The notes under the pieces are model-generated. The model searched no databases and was not told the DNA's origin. It saw only the letters and a list, made by a program, of their open reading frames with translations. 64,000 bases of DNA from Rhizaria sp. SCN 62-66 (lineage: Eukaryota): assembly GCA_001724265.1 (NCBI GenBank), contig MEDY01000011.1:1-64000 (forward strand). The letters run 5' to 3'. The position numbers and the translations under genes are program-made. This document shows positions 23,601-37,000 of the stretch, one piece after another (within the stretch, counting starts at the first letter, position 1; every line of letters begins with the position of its first letter).

Positions 23601-25717
23601 TGAGCTTGAGTGTTGCAATCTCCTCCTCGAGAGAAGCGTGCACAGAAAGTAATGCATCGCGCTCCTCGTTCCACGCGCTCTTCTCACTCGCCCATGCACT
23701 GCGCTCGCTCTCCAAAATTGCACTGACAACGCTCGCACTACCAGAGCTGGCGTCAGAGCTCGCTGTCGCAGCACCAGAGTCAGCGGTGGCGTCGGGCGCA
23801 GGCGCCGTCTGCTGGGCGGCCTCGAGCGCGCGGTACCGGGTCATCAGCGCCTCGGTCTTGCCGCTCAACGCGTCGAGCGCAACCTTCAGCTCGCCCTTGG
23901 CGGTCTCAGCCTCGGCCTTCGCTCTCTGGGCTTCGGCCCTCCCAGCCTCGGCCTCCGCCCGCGCGGCCTGCGCCGCCGCAAGCGCAGCTTCAGTCGCCGC
24001 GAGCGCGCTCTCAGCGGCCGCGGCGCGGGCCTCAGCGGATGCAGTCCTGGCCGCCGCGGCCGCCGCAGCCTCGCGCAGCGCAGTCGTCTCGGCCTCGGTC
24101 TCGCGCAAGTCTGCGCAGGCGTCGTCAACCTCGCGGCGCAGACGCGCAGACTCGGCCGCGGCGGCGTCAGCGGCAACCGCGGCGCGCGTCTCGGAGGCGT
24201 GCAGCGCGTTGCGAGTCATCTCCAGCTCGGTCTTGAGCGCGAGGAGCGCGGCGGCCTTCTTGGCGCGCTTGCTCACCGGGCCCGGGGCCGAGACGGCGAG
24301 GGCGACGGCGGCGGACTCGTCGGCAAACACACTGTCGCCGTCCTCGTCCTCGTCATCACCGCCATCGTCAGCGCCGTCAGCATCACCGTCAGCATCGGCG
24401 TTCACGTTCGCGTCCGCAGTGCCGTCGACCTTGGCCTTGAGCGCTGCGATCACGCTCTCGGCCGCGGCAGAGGCGTCGCGCAGAGCCGCAACCTCGGCGC
24501 GCAGCCGCGCGACTTCGGCCGCGGAGGTGCTGACATCAGCAGCACCACTCTCACTATTCTCCCTGTCGCCAACATCAAAGTGCTCGCCCTCAAAGGTCTC
24601 GCCGACGGCGAGCTTGCGGCGCGGCAGCGCGGACAACAGACTGGCGGTCAGCCCGCCACCGCCGAGACTGCTGCTGCTTTCCGACTCCACGGCATTGTTC
24701 TCGCGACTAGTACTCGCGTTCCCGCTGGTGATGCCGAGACGCGCGAGCGTGGTCGCGAGAGGGTTCTCATCGCCGCCGTAGTCGCTGACCTCACTGCGGA
24801 CCTCGCCGTCGTCGTCGTCGCCACCGTTGACGTCGCCGCCGTTGTTGTGTGCGGCAGCGACGTCGGGCTCGCTGAAGTCGTCGAGCATCGCCAGCCGCGC
24901 CGCGTCGTCTTCGTCGTGGTTATTATCCTCGCTGTCGCCGTCGCCGTGGCCGGTGTACGCGAGTGTGCGCGGGTCGTGGTCGAGATCAATCGCGGCGGCG
25001 GGGCTGCCAAACGGACCCGCGAACTGCTGTTGCTGCGGCTGCTGTGTGCTGTTGTTGTGAACGATCGGCGCAATGCCGCTGGCGCCGCTATTGCCCGCCG
25101 TCGCTGAGGCCGTCGACGTGGGCGCCGCGGGGCCCGCGCGGATGCCCAGCGCCGAGAACGCCGGCATGCCGGATGCGCCGAACACGGCGTGCATGACGCT
25201 CTCCGCCACGCGCTCAGTGGGCGCGACAGCGCTCTCGGCCGCAGTCGCAGCGGGGGACACAGTCGTCATCGCGGTCTCCGTCGCTGCGGTCTGAGCGGTG
25301 ACCGGCGCGGTGACCGGCGGTGCACTGGCAGAAGCTGCGGCGGCCGCGGAGACTGCTGCGGCGGCCGTGACCGCTGCGGCGGCGGTGGCGGGACTGAGGT
25401 CGTGCGCGCAGCCGGGTACCTCGCAACCCTCGCCCTCGCACTCGACGAGGCTGGCGAGGCGCGGGCGGAACGACGGAGACGAAGCGCCGTCGTCGGCGGC
25501 GCCCAGAGAGAGCGTGGCCGAGGTCGAGGCGGGGACGGAAACCGGGAGCGATGACTCGGCGACTGGCTCGGAGGACGCGACGGAGACTCTGGGCTCGAAG
25601 GAGGCGGCGGGCACCGTGGGCAGCAGAGGCTCGGTGGAGGCAGAAGCAAACGGGTTGCTGTTATCGATATTGCCGAAGAAGTCGTACTCTGCCAGTGTCG
25701 CGGTGCCCTGGCTCGGC

Positions 25718-25752
<35 letters not shown>

Positions 25753-27285
25753 AGGCTCAGTGACGGTGTTATCAAACTGAGCAGTTGCGGCAGTGTAAGA
25801 ATCAGAAATTTGCGCGGTATCAAGAGGACTATTTGTAAGCTCGTTGCCAAACACGTCGTCGTTGATGTCGCTCAAGTTGTGGGCAGCTGCAGGCACAGCA
25901 ACAGCAGCAGTGGACTCAGTCGCAGAGACTGCAGTAGCGGGTGCAAGCGGGCTCGACGCAAACGCTGTCGCAAACGAAGGCAGCACAGCCGCGGCCGCGG
26001 TAGCAGCAGGAGCAGGAGCGGAAACTGTCGTTTCGAACGGGTTATTCACTGCGACACCTGTCGCTGCGGCCGCGGGTGCGACCACAGGAGACAGAGCGGT
26101 GTGCGTGGTGACTGTGGCGTTAGCGGGGGCGCCGAAATAGCTGTCCAGGTCGAGCGCATGGCTGTCAGCGGCGACAGCGGCAACATCGTCGCTGCTCTGT
26201 GTAACAACAGCATCGCTGGCGCTCACGGCAGCAGCAGTGGCGGCTGTGGTAGAGCTGGCAGTGCCAGACACAGCGCGACTGCTGTTGCTGTTGTTGTTGT
26301 TAGCAGCAGCAGACGGCATCAGGAAAGGATTGCTAAATGGCACGGCGGCGCCGACGGTCGCGGTCCCAGGCGCAGTCGCAACTCTCCCAGCAGCGGCACC
26401 GGGCGGCGCAACACCAGGAGGAAACAGCGATCTCGCCTGTCCACCAGCAGCAGTGGCGCTCGGATTCGCACTGGCAGTTGCGCTGGGGGCAGGGCCGCCG
26501 CGGCCCGGGGGAAACAGCGACGACCCCGCCGGACGCAGCGCCGGGGCGCCAGACTGTGCCCCCGCAGCGGGGAGACCCGGGGCAGCGCGCGGCAGCGAGT
26601 TCGCAGCGTGGGGCGCGGAGGCGTGCGTCGCGGAGGCGTGCGCGGGCGCCGGACCGGCCTTGATGGCTGAGAGCGAGACCGACGTGTTCAGTGTCCCCAC
26701 GGGGCTCGCAAAGCCGGTCGCCACAGTCGGTGTGCCCCCAGCCGCGGCGCCCGTGCTCGCGGCGGCGGCGGCGGCGGCGGCGTCGAGGAACGGGGTGAGC
26801 TGGGGCGTATACTCGCCGCCGCGGGCGTGCGAGGGATCAAACGCGGCCAGCGAGGAGACGCTCGCGAACAGAGACGCGCCCGCCGAAGCCAGAGACGTCG
26901 ACAGGTCGGCGGCAACCAGCGAGAGCGTCTCGGAAGCCGCGGTGACCGGGTCCGAGTTGGGTCTCGCAGGGCTGGCGGTGGCGCTGGCGGCGGCGGGCGG
27001 CACGGAGGACGACGACGACGACGAGGACGTGGAGGCAATGGAGGCGGGGGCGGGGACGGGGGCAGCGGATGAGGGCGCGACAAAGGTGACCTGCTGTGAG
27101 GAAGGATTGTCTTCGTCGGAGCCGGGGTCAACGGCATTGAAGTCGTCGACAACTTCCTTGGAGAGCGCGACAGCGGCGTCCTTGGCGCGGGCCAGACCGT
27201 GCTGCGCCGAGGTTTGCGCCTGCTCGAGGCCCTGCAGCGCCAGCGCCTGCGCGGACCGCGCCAGCTCGCTAAACTGGCTCCACAT
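20638..27285 (-). CDS. Golgin of the GMAP-210/Rud3/GC3-GC4 type: long coiled coil plus C-terminal GRAB and GA1 motifs (about 2215 aa)
   Basis: Likely start MWSQFSELARSAQ (amphipathic N-terminus); Ala/Glu coiled coil. GRAB motif ENTVDKRIVVKLMEAYL...EVADLMMRILQFSDEQQ; GA1 motif SLAEMWVEFLLKE; stop TAA. Confidence 0.85.
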
Positions 27286-27831
27286 CAGCCACGAGAAAAC
27301 GTCTAAATGCCGGTTTTCAAAGAAAAAATGAAGAAAAGGAAGCGCTGCGGGGAAAGATTTGCGAGGAATGGAGTGGCATTGCGTCAGCATCGTCATGGTG
27401 GGAAGAATCACTGCATAGAGTGCCGGTAAATAGATGTAGAAGTGGAAGATATACACGATATAGATCGCGCAGTTTTAAATGTCATGTTTGAGATTTGGGT
27501 CTATCGACGTTCATTAGAGAGCTCTGCACATCAGTTCATTGTTCTGCCACTTGTTGAGTGCCTTGCCACCTCGAAAAAGTCTCGAAGGGGGGGTAAAGCG
27601 AAAGCTTGCATTTTCATATCGCAAGCTTTGTCACATGTCCGTCTCTGTTGTTAAGACTTGTTCCCTCAGATTATACATAGATTTTTAGTCGTTTTTTGAA
27701 AATTATACGCCGCAAGCTCACCATCATCACCACCAACGTGGTCGTTTTTAGGTTGCCCTTTACCCCTTGAACGTTTAACGGTTACCATCCATCCCCCGTC
27801 CCTGCGCCGCGCTTCCCGTCCGTCCCGCTCC

Positions 27832-28853
27832 ATGTCCGCCCCTGCCCCGTCCCCCGACGGCTCCTCCGAGCCGTTTGACCCGATCCTGCCGCAGCTGCTG
27901 CAGCGCGACATGACTGGCGTATACAAGCAGTACGGCGGCCTCAGCACCCCGCTCGGCCGGCAGATGTACGCGCTCTACAACAAGGAAGAGGACGCGAACA
28001 AACGCGCAGCCGCACGCGCACAGCTCGCCTCATCGGCGTCGCGTGCCGGGAAGCAGCCGCTCGCCCCGCAGGAGCAGCACGCCGCGCAACGTCAAGTACG
28101 TCCAACTACAACGAAGCTTTGGCTTCTGTGCTAGATGCATGTATACTTGCAAAGCTATATCTCATCATAAACGACGCTTTTCCTTGCCAAAACGTATTTT
28201 TGATCTGTTTTGCGTGCGTATTCACTCAATGTATTGTAACATCATTCAAATGCAACATTTTTGCGACAAGTCCACTCACTTCTCCTTCCTCGCCTTTGCT
28301 ACTTTCCTTCTTTGTAAAGGCCGCCTACGACGCCGCGGTCGCGCGCAAGACCGCCTACCAGGCGCCCCCGCCGCCGGCACCCAAGTCCTCCCAGCGCGGG
28401 CCGCGCTTTGCGCCCGTGGACCTGATCCCGCACCGCCGGCCTGGTGCGGAGATCCAGCGCGACATGCGTGCCGAGGCCGATGCGGAGCGCGCGGCCCGCA
28501 ACCCGGCTGGCGGCGTCCGCGGTGCGCACGTCAGCCGACAGGCCCAAGTCGAGACGCTGCAGGACCGCATGGAGGGCGTTCCGGCCCCCGCGGCCGCCGC
28601 GGGCGCGGTTGCGGCCCGGCGCGCTGGCGCGAAGCCCGGAGCCCGCGGCGCGAAGGGGGCGGCTGAGACTGAGGAAGAGCGTCTGTTTGCGGCGATCCTG
28701 GGCGAGATCCGCGAGCGCGAGCAGTACATCGCACGCATGCGCAGCGTCAAAGGCCCGCTGTGGCAGGACCAGCTCGTCGAGAAGGAGATCAAGGATCGCG
28801 TGGCGGAGCTGCAGAAGCTCAGCGCGCTCATCGACGACGCCGCCGGGCAGTGA
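27832..28853 (+). CDS. UPF0193 (EVG1/C22orf23)-like protein, about 265 aa
   Basis: Exons 27832-28095 and 28320-28853 with a phase-0 GTACGT..AAAG intron. The C-terminal LFAAILGEIREREQYIARM...EIKDRVAELQKL resembles the UPF0193 C-terminal helix pair. Stop TGA. Confidence 0.65.
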
Positions 28854-29279
28854 GCGCGGGCTGCGACCGTGGAGAGTGACCGTGAGCAGGGGTCTATGAT
28901 ATGATATGCCATTGTGCCAGGGACGTGTTGCCTGGGCCCGACAATCGCTTCATGTAAGATGACATGATGACATGACACGAGATATGAGTCTAGAGAAACA
29001 CAACGAGATCATTTTGATTCAGCCCAGGAAACTTGAAATCCAGTTACACTAGAATATGTATTCAGTTTTACGACACATCGTATATAGAATGATATAATCC
29101 GATATAATACAATACAATACAAAATTGGGTGCTTGAAATCTTTTCTTGGCACTCTAATCTGACCTGGCCTACACTCACTCATTACTCATTGTAGGCACAT
29201 GTGTGTGTGCTTTAAGCACTTCACAATTTGACGTGTCCGTACGATATTACTTACACGCCTCAATTCCACGTACATGCAC

Positions 29280-31556
29280 TCACATGCCTCCATTGTTGTT
29301 GCTGTTGCTGTTGTTGCCGAACTGGCGATTGCCCGCCGCCGCGGCCGCCGCCGCCGCCGCGACCGCGGCTGTGACAGCCGCTGTGGCCGCCGCCGTCACC
29401 GCCGACACGCCCGCGCTCTGCTGCCCCTGCAGCTGACCGTGGGCAGCAGCCGGGTGACCGTGTGCCGCGTAGCCGCCGCCGGCGAGCGCCCCCGCTGTGT
29501 GCATGCCGCGCGCGGCGGCGGCGGCGGCGGCGACGCTATTGGCGTCAGCGGCGCTAAGCGCAGCGCTGATCGCCGCGATGGCAGCGGCGGGGAAGCCATG
29601 GCTGCCCACGAAGCCGTTAACGCCGGGGATCGAGCCGCCACTGGCACCGCCGCCGCCGTTGTTGCTGTTGTTGTTGTTGTTGTTGTTGCTGCTGTTGTTC
29701 TCGGCAGCGGCAGCCGCAGCCGCAGCAGCCGCCGCCGCCGCGACGGCCGCGACACTGCTGCTCGCTGCACCAGCCATGCCCGCGCCCGCGCCCGCGCCGG
29801 CCGCGGCACCAACGCCAGTGCCGGCAGCGGCCAGCGGCAGCACGCCAGTGCCCGCAGCGGGGGCGGCGACCAGGGCGGCGACGGGGGCGAGGGCGGGCCC
29901 CGCAGCGGCGGCCCTTGCGGCGGCAGCAAAAGAGGCGGCAGACGCGCTGTCCGCCCCCGCGCCCGCCGCGCCCGCGGCGCCCCCGCCCACAGCTGCGGCG
30001 GCGGCCTGCGCGACTGCGAGCGCGCGCTTCTGGCGGAACCGCTGCGAATACTCCCTGCTGCGCTGCGCGTACGTGGGGTCCTCCTTGCGGCGCTGGTTGG
30101 CGATGCGCATGCGTTCACGCGCCTCTTCGACCTCCTCGGGCGTCCGCCGCGCGCGCCAGCGGGCCTCGGCCTCGCGCTTGCGTTCGCGCGCCTCCGCGTC
30201 GTGGCGCAGCGCCGCGCGGTACGCGACCCCGTACGCGCGGCGGCGCTCGACGGCCTCGGGGGAGAGCTGGCGCGCGGCCTCGCGCTCGCGCCACTGCGCG
30301 TTGGCCACGGGGTCAAGCGCGCGGCGGCGCGAGGTCTTGTCGAGCCCGTCGAGGATGCGCGCCCACACGACGCGCAGCTCGGGCTCGGACCAGTTGGGGT
30401 AGCTGCGCCGCAGCGAGGGCGGGATCGGGTCGCGCTCCGTGTCGGTGCGGCGGCCCTTAATGCGGTACTTGAGGTTCGGCGCGTCGGGGTTGTGGAACAG
30501 CAAGGGGTCATCCTCGCTCGCCACCGTGGGCACCTCGGGAATCACCGCGCGCCGCGGCCGGCGGGCCACCCCCGAGCGCCGCTCCTGCAGTTGCCGCAGC
30601 TGCGCCTGGCCCTCCTCGTTGTCGTCATCTTCATCGCCCTCGCCGTCGCCCTCGCCCTCGCCGTCGCCCTCGCCGTCGCCGTCGCCGTCGCCGTTAGCGT
30701 TGAGCTCGGTGGGGACGAGGGCGCCGGTGGCCCCCAGCGCACCGCCAGCGGCGCCGGCAGCGGCGCCGGCGGCAGGGCGGGCGCGGGCGGCGGCGCGGGC
30801 GCGGGGGCGCTGCTGCTGGCCATCTTCGTCCTCGTCCTCCTCCTCGCCGTCTTCGTTGCCGCTGGTGATGTAGTTGGCGCCAACAGCTGCGGCGGCGGCG
30901 CGCGGGGGTCGGCCACGCGGGCGCCTGACCTCAGTTCCGGGCACAGCGCCAGGATCAGCCGCAGCTGCAGCAGCGGCAACGGCAGCAGCAGCAGCGCTGG
31001 CGGGCGCACGGCGGCGCGCCGCGACTCTAGCGTCAACGCCCAGGCCAGCGGCAGCCACGGCAGCAGCGGCGGCGGCGGCAGCGGCGGCGGCAGCGGCAGC
31101 GGCTGAGACAGTGGCTCCATCGCCCAGTCCGTCGCCCGGAGCAGCCGCGCCACCGACCGCGGGGACTGGGTGGAGAACCACGCGGCGACGCTTGACGGCA
31201 GCGCCGGCGGCGTCGCCGTCGGCCTCAACCTCGGCGTCACCGGCGGCGACACCGGCGGCGTCGGCAAGGTCGGTGTCACCGACGGCCGCGGCAGCCCGGC
31301 GTGCGCGTGGCTTCCGCTGCCCCATCCCAGCGGCAGCGGCAGCGGCGGTGCCAGGGACGGGGCCGGCGCCGGGGGGCAGGAGCGTGTTCGTGGCCCGCTC
31401 GGCGGCGGCCGCGGCGGCCGCGGCGAGGGTGACGCTCAAGTCGTCGCTCGAGGGGCGCGCGCCCTGGCCCTGGCTCTGGCTCTGACCCTGGCTGGGGCCC
31501 TGCAGCTGGCCAGTGGGCTTGCCCAGCTGTGCAGCGGCGGCTTGAGTCTGCGCCCT

Positions 31557-31649
<93 letters not shown>

Positions 31650-31962
31650 GCTGCTGTTGGCGGTGTTGGTGGGCGGCGTTAAGCGCCAGCGTGATCGCGT
31701 TCTCAGTCATCGTCACAGCATGCGCGTCAGGCCCGCTGACGTGCTTCTTGAGCTGCGCCTCAAACGCGACAAGTCGCTGGAGGATCTGGTCCTGCTGCTG
31801 CTGCTGCACCATCTCGAGCAGCTGAAGCTGGGACGGGTCGTAGGCGTGCTGCTGCAGCTGCAGCTGGTCCGCGCGCGTCTGCAGCTGCTGCAGCTCCTGC
31901 AGCGCGGCCGCGGCGGCGCCGATCACCGCACTCGAGCTCATCGTCGCCAGCCCCGGCGGCAG

Positions 31963-31997
<35 letters not shown>

Positions 31998-32673
31998 CCG
32001 CAGCGGCGTTGGCGTTGGCGTTGCCCGCGCCGTTCGCTGCCGCAGTCGCCGCAGCAGCGGAGCCGGCGGCGGGGGCGGCGCCGAGGGGGCGGCGGGTCGC
32101 GCGGGCCGCTGCCGCCGCGGCAGCCGCGGCCTGATGCTGCTGCTGTTGTTGTTGCTGCTGCTGGTGGTTCTGCGCAGCAGCCTCGGCGGCAGTGACGCGC
32201 GTGTTGCGCTGCCCCTGCTGCTGTGACGCGTTGTTGGCGCTGGCAGCGGCGCCCGCGCGCACGTTTGCGGCGATTCTCGGCCGCTGTGACACAGCCAGCG
32301 CGGCCGCGACGGCAGTGAGCGCCGCCGTCGCCGCAGAAAAGCTGGGCGCCGCGTTGCTCGCGGTGCTCGCGGTCAGCGCAGGGGTGGTCACGGTCACGGC
32401 GGCGGGCGCGGGCGCGGCGGCCTGGGCGCGGCGGAGCGTGCGGGTGGCGACCGGGGCGTCGTCGGCAACAGGTGCGGCGGCGGATGAAGCGACGGGGGCA
32501 GCGGCTGGCTTGGCGGTCACTGCATCGCTTTTAGGAGCTATTTTGGCCTTCGCAGCGACAACCATGGCTGCAACGGATGCGGCCGCGGCAGTGGCAGCGG
32601 GGAAAGGCTGGGAGTTGTTGGAAGCGGCCGCGGCGGCAGCGGCGGCAGCGCGCTGAGACTGCGGTTGTGACAT
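29280..32673 (-). CDS. Ala/Gln-rich probable nuclear protein with AT-hook (RRPRGRPPR) and basic helical region, about 1130 aa; reading frame broken by one extra base in a CAG tract
   Basis: The frame from MSQPQSQ (32673) to 31648 joins the 31646-29280 frame if one base near 31647 is removed, reading HQHR-polyQ-RAQTQ...DDLSVTL. Stop TGA. Confidence 0.7.
31557..31659. repeat. (CTG)n/(CAG)n microsatellite of about 34 units encoding polyQ, with a 1-nt phase slip
   Basis: 30 in-phase CTG/TTG units at 31557-31646, one extra base at about 31647, then 4 more units. Confidence 0.95.
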
Positions 32674-34000
32674 CGCGGACTGAGCTGCTAGAGTGAGCAG
32701 AACGCGGACTATACAAACGAAATTGCACAAAACAGAACAAACAGCAAAGAGAGGTTAGTATGCATAATAAATATTTGTGCGTTATCTTCGAATAATAGCA
32801 GCTATGCGTGCTACACGAGTTGATGTCTAAACAAGATGGCAAACTCGGGGATTCGCCCAGGCTGGAGTGAGATGAGGCGTATGGCAGAGAAAGTGAGGCG
32901 TACGTTAAGTTCCTGTGCAAGAATACGCCGTTTTACACAGAACTAAGTTCTGGACGCGTTACTTTAAGGCTTTGCAACCTTGCTGGTGCGCCTGTGCTCT
33001 TGAAAGAGTGGAGTCAAAAGAAGAAGCTTGCTGCGAAGAAGCGCGATCAGTTGCGCTGCGTTTTTAGCAAGACGGTGATGTTTGATCAAAACAAAATGGG
33101 TGAAAAAAAGAATTAAATTAAAACAAAAACAAGAATATGAACGTTAGATGCCAATTTGTGAATGTGGCAAGGTGTACAAGCAATTTCTTTGTGAAAGAGA
33201 GAGGTCCCAGTGATGAAGATCGATAGTCTTTCGAGATTCAAAAGATATCGTGAAAAAGAGCGTTAAACGAGGCTAGATTTGGGAGGTCAAATATATATGT
33301 ACGCGTCTACATAATATTAGTTTGATGTCTCTAGCCGGCAAAATATTGCTGCTAGGATCAATGATTTCGGCAGCACTCCACACCCGAAGAAGAAGAAGTA
33401 GAAGACCGTATTAGCTTCGCATTTTCACATTGATTTCATCCTACTTGAGTATGGTATTTATCACTTAAACCAATGCCATATAGTTTTTGTGTGGCATTTC
33501 TATGTGATAGATTGCTACAACGGCATGCCACATCAGATATGAGTCGCTGTGGCTCATATTCGCATCCTGACCACACTCCGCAGTGTCATGACCTTGGCGC
33601 AGTCACGACAGCGACTCTTGTGCAGACAGGGCAAATAAAGATTCAATCATGTACAAATCACGAACTCGTTTTCTGTATGTTGCAGCTCGCGGCCATTATC
33701 CGTGCAAAATGTTGGTATTTTTAGCTCTCGTGTTGAACTCTTAGTAAGAGTTCTAAACAATTCTTCTCACGCCAGCCCACGGGTTCTCAGCTTTTGGAGT
33801 CACACAACGCGACGAAAACATCGAAAACAAGAAAGCAAACTCTGTATCATAATTGAACCTAAGTCAAGATATATCTCATATATAGTATATGTGACGCATA
33901 CACTCGGATTCCACGTCCTCTTCAAGTCATTACGACACGTACAGCTGTCACAGTTTCACGGCAGAAACAAAGTGGAACAACCGAACAGCAGAAACCCTGC

Positions 34001-37000
34001 TTAGAGCGGCGCCACAGCCGAGAACACGCGTCCCGGCGCAACGCCCGCAACTGTGGCGCCCATCCACGCGCGCCACTCCTCGTCCCTGTCGGCCGCGGCA
34101 ACGACCCCCGCGCCCGCACCCGCGACGGCCGCTGCGTCGGCCGCGGCTGTATTGTGCGCCGCCGTCTCGGCCCCCACGCCCGCGGCGCCGCGCCACACGG
34201 CCTCGTCGTCCGCGCGCGTCCACCCCGCGCGCCGCCCGCCGCGGCCCTCAGCAGCACCAGTGCCAGTGGCGGCGTCGGCGTCGGCGTCCGGGTCCGGGTC
34301 GGTCGTGGCGCCCGCGCCGACACTATGCTTGCTGCTGTGCTCGAGCAGCATAAACTCGGATGCCAGCTCCATCGCCTCTTCCTCCGCGCGCGCCGCGGCC
34401 TCGGCCTCGCGAGCGTCGTCGCCGTCGCTGGCATCGCCGTCGGAGCCGTAGTCAAAGTCATCGTGATCGTCGTCGTCGCCGTTGTCGTCGTCGTCTTCGT
34501 CGTCGTTGTCGTCGCTCGCCATGTCGTACACAAGGCCCTGGTCGTCGCACCGCGCAGCAGCCGCAGCAGCCGCAGCCGCAGTGGCGTCAGCGCTGGCGCC
34601 GGCGGCAGAGTTCCCAGCGCCGCCGCTAATGCCAAGCGCGTTGCCTGACGCAGAGGACGGCAGTGGCAAGCCCCGACTGCGACTGCGGCTGCGGGTGTGC
34701 CCGCGCCCGCGACTGCGCCCGCGCTCAGTCGCCGCCCCCGCGCCCCCAGCGCCAGCGCCAGGTGGCGCGACTGCGGCCGTGCTGCGGCTGAGCCGGCGCC
34801 GCGCCAGCGCGCGCGCACGCATCACTGCGCCCGCCACAGCCGCCGCGGCGGCCGCGCGCTCGCCGGGGCCGCGCGGCCTAACTTTCGCGATGTCGCGCAT
34901 CCACACGGCCGGGTGCAGCCGGAGCCGCAGACACAGCCTCTGCTGCACGGTGACGCCACCGGCAGCAACTGCGCCTGCGGCTGCGCCAGCGGCTGAGGCG
35001 GATGTGGATGTGGGGGGCAAAGTGACTGTAGGGAGGTTGACGTCGCAGGGCGTGAGCGCAAGCGCGCCGAACGTGGCGTTGGCCCACAGGGGCAGCGCCG
35101 CCGACACGGGCTCCGACTCGAGCCAGAGCCGGTGGGCCACGAGCAGTGCCACGGCCTCGGTCACCACCGCCGCTGCTTCAGTCTCTGCAGCGGTCCCCGC
35201 TGCGGGCAACGCGCTGGTGCCGGGGCCGGAGTTCAGACTTGAGCTCAGGCTTCTCGAGCTGGGCTGAGACGAGACAGCTAAGCTGCTACTGCGCGTGTTC
35301 GCGCTATCGGGGATGCTAGCGGAGCCGCAGAGCAGTGCGTGAAGCGCGCTCACTTCACCGGGAATGACTGCGCAGTCGTCGTTGCGCAGGAAGTTAAGCC
35401 GCGCGGGGAAATCAAGCCGCGTGAGCGCAGTGCGCATGGCAGCATACTCAGCCTCGACACCACCGCGCACAGCGCCGAGCCCCCAGCTCGACTGTGACCG
35501 AAGCAGCGAGTGTGAGCGCTGAAGCGGTGAAGGCTCAATGGACGATGTTATAATGCTGCTATCGTTGCTGTTGATAAACTTAAGAAGCTTTGGCAGCGGC
35601 ATCTGTTCACAGTCCTCAACGGTGAGGCCCGTAACAGCTAACCGCAAAGAGTCCATATCACACCGCAAAGAGTCCATATCGCAATCCCCAGCCGCATCCG
35701 TCACCGCGCTCTCAGACTCGGGCGCAGTGATTTCACTCTCAGTAGAACGCACGGCTGCAGTGCTGGCGGCCCCCGCGGCGGCGGCGGCCACGGAGCGCAC
35801 GGCAGCGGCGGCGGCAGCGCGCACGGCGGTCTCCAGCAGCGCGTCCGACGCGTAGAGCCAGAGGGGGAACTCGCTCGCGGCCTGCGCGGCGGACACGGCG
35901 GCGCGCGCAACCAGGGCCTGGGGTGGCGCCGCAGTGTCCACGAAGCCAGCAGCGGTCTTGGCTGGAACAGCAGCAGGGCTAACAGGGGCGGCGCCGGTGA
36001 CGGCAACGAGCGCCGACAACAACGAGCGCGCGCGCGCCGTAGCGCTAGCGGTGCATTGACTGCTCCCGCTGCGGTGGTCAACAAGAGCAGGGACTGCGCT
36101 ACCATCAACAGCGTTGCACGCGCAGTCGGCGTCGTTGGCGGCGGCCACAAGCTGCTGCGCGGCCGCGGTCAGCGTGAGACAAGCGCCCTCCAGCGCGCTC
36201 ACCGCGCTGCCGCTGCCAGGGTAGAACAGGGCGGAGACTGTGTCGGCGGCCACGGGCGCGAAGGCCCCGGACGCAATGGCGTTGGCGGGATAGGCGGGCA
36301 CGGTGACTTCGACCACGGTTATCTCGACGCTCACACGGCCGCTAGCCTCCGCTGTTGCTGCAGAGCTGTTGTCGTTACTCTCGGGGATAGACTCGGCCTC
36401 GCCTGACTTGCTCTCATTTGCGGCGGCAGAGTCCAGGGCCACAGGGGTGACCGTGAGCACGACCGGGGACGCGGAGCCATCTCCAGCCACCACACCGTCC
36501 TTATCCCCGCCCTGGCTCGGGGCAGACACGGCTTGTTGTTGGGCGGTATTTTTCATCGCCGTAGCGGCGGTGTGAGAGAGAGCCGCTGCAGCGTTGTGTG
36601 CCGCGACGGCCGCAGCGGCCGCGGGCGCAGACCGGCCCAGCAGCCGGCCGCAGCGCAGGCGGCCCACAGTTACGACATCGCCGCACTCGCTCAGCTCGTC
36701 ACAGCCACATTGCTCCTGCTCCTGCCCCTGAGGCTCCTGCTGTTGCTGCTTCTGGAGCTTCAGTCGCAGTTGCTCTGCGGTGTCAACGTTGGTGCGCACC
36801 GCGGGCAGCAGCGGCGGCGCGGCGGGGTCATGCACCGACCTCTCGGCCGCGATGTTCACCCATCCCAGGTACTCGAGCGTGCTCATGCGTCCAGAGCGCC
36901 AGCGCCGCGTCGCGCGCACCTTGGCCAGCACCTGCCGTGGGCGCGGGTGCGGCGGCGTCCGCAGCAGCCGCGTCAGCAGCAGGTACAGGCTGCGCGCTGT

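Noticed and set aside
35641-35680. 19-nt direct repeat with 21-nt period (CDMDSLR twice)
   Set aside because: Simple in-frame tandem duplication in a variable loop; not CRISPR-like or mobile.
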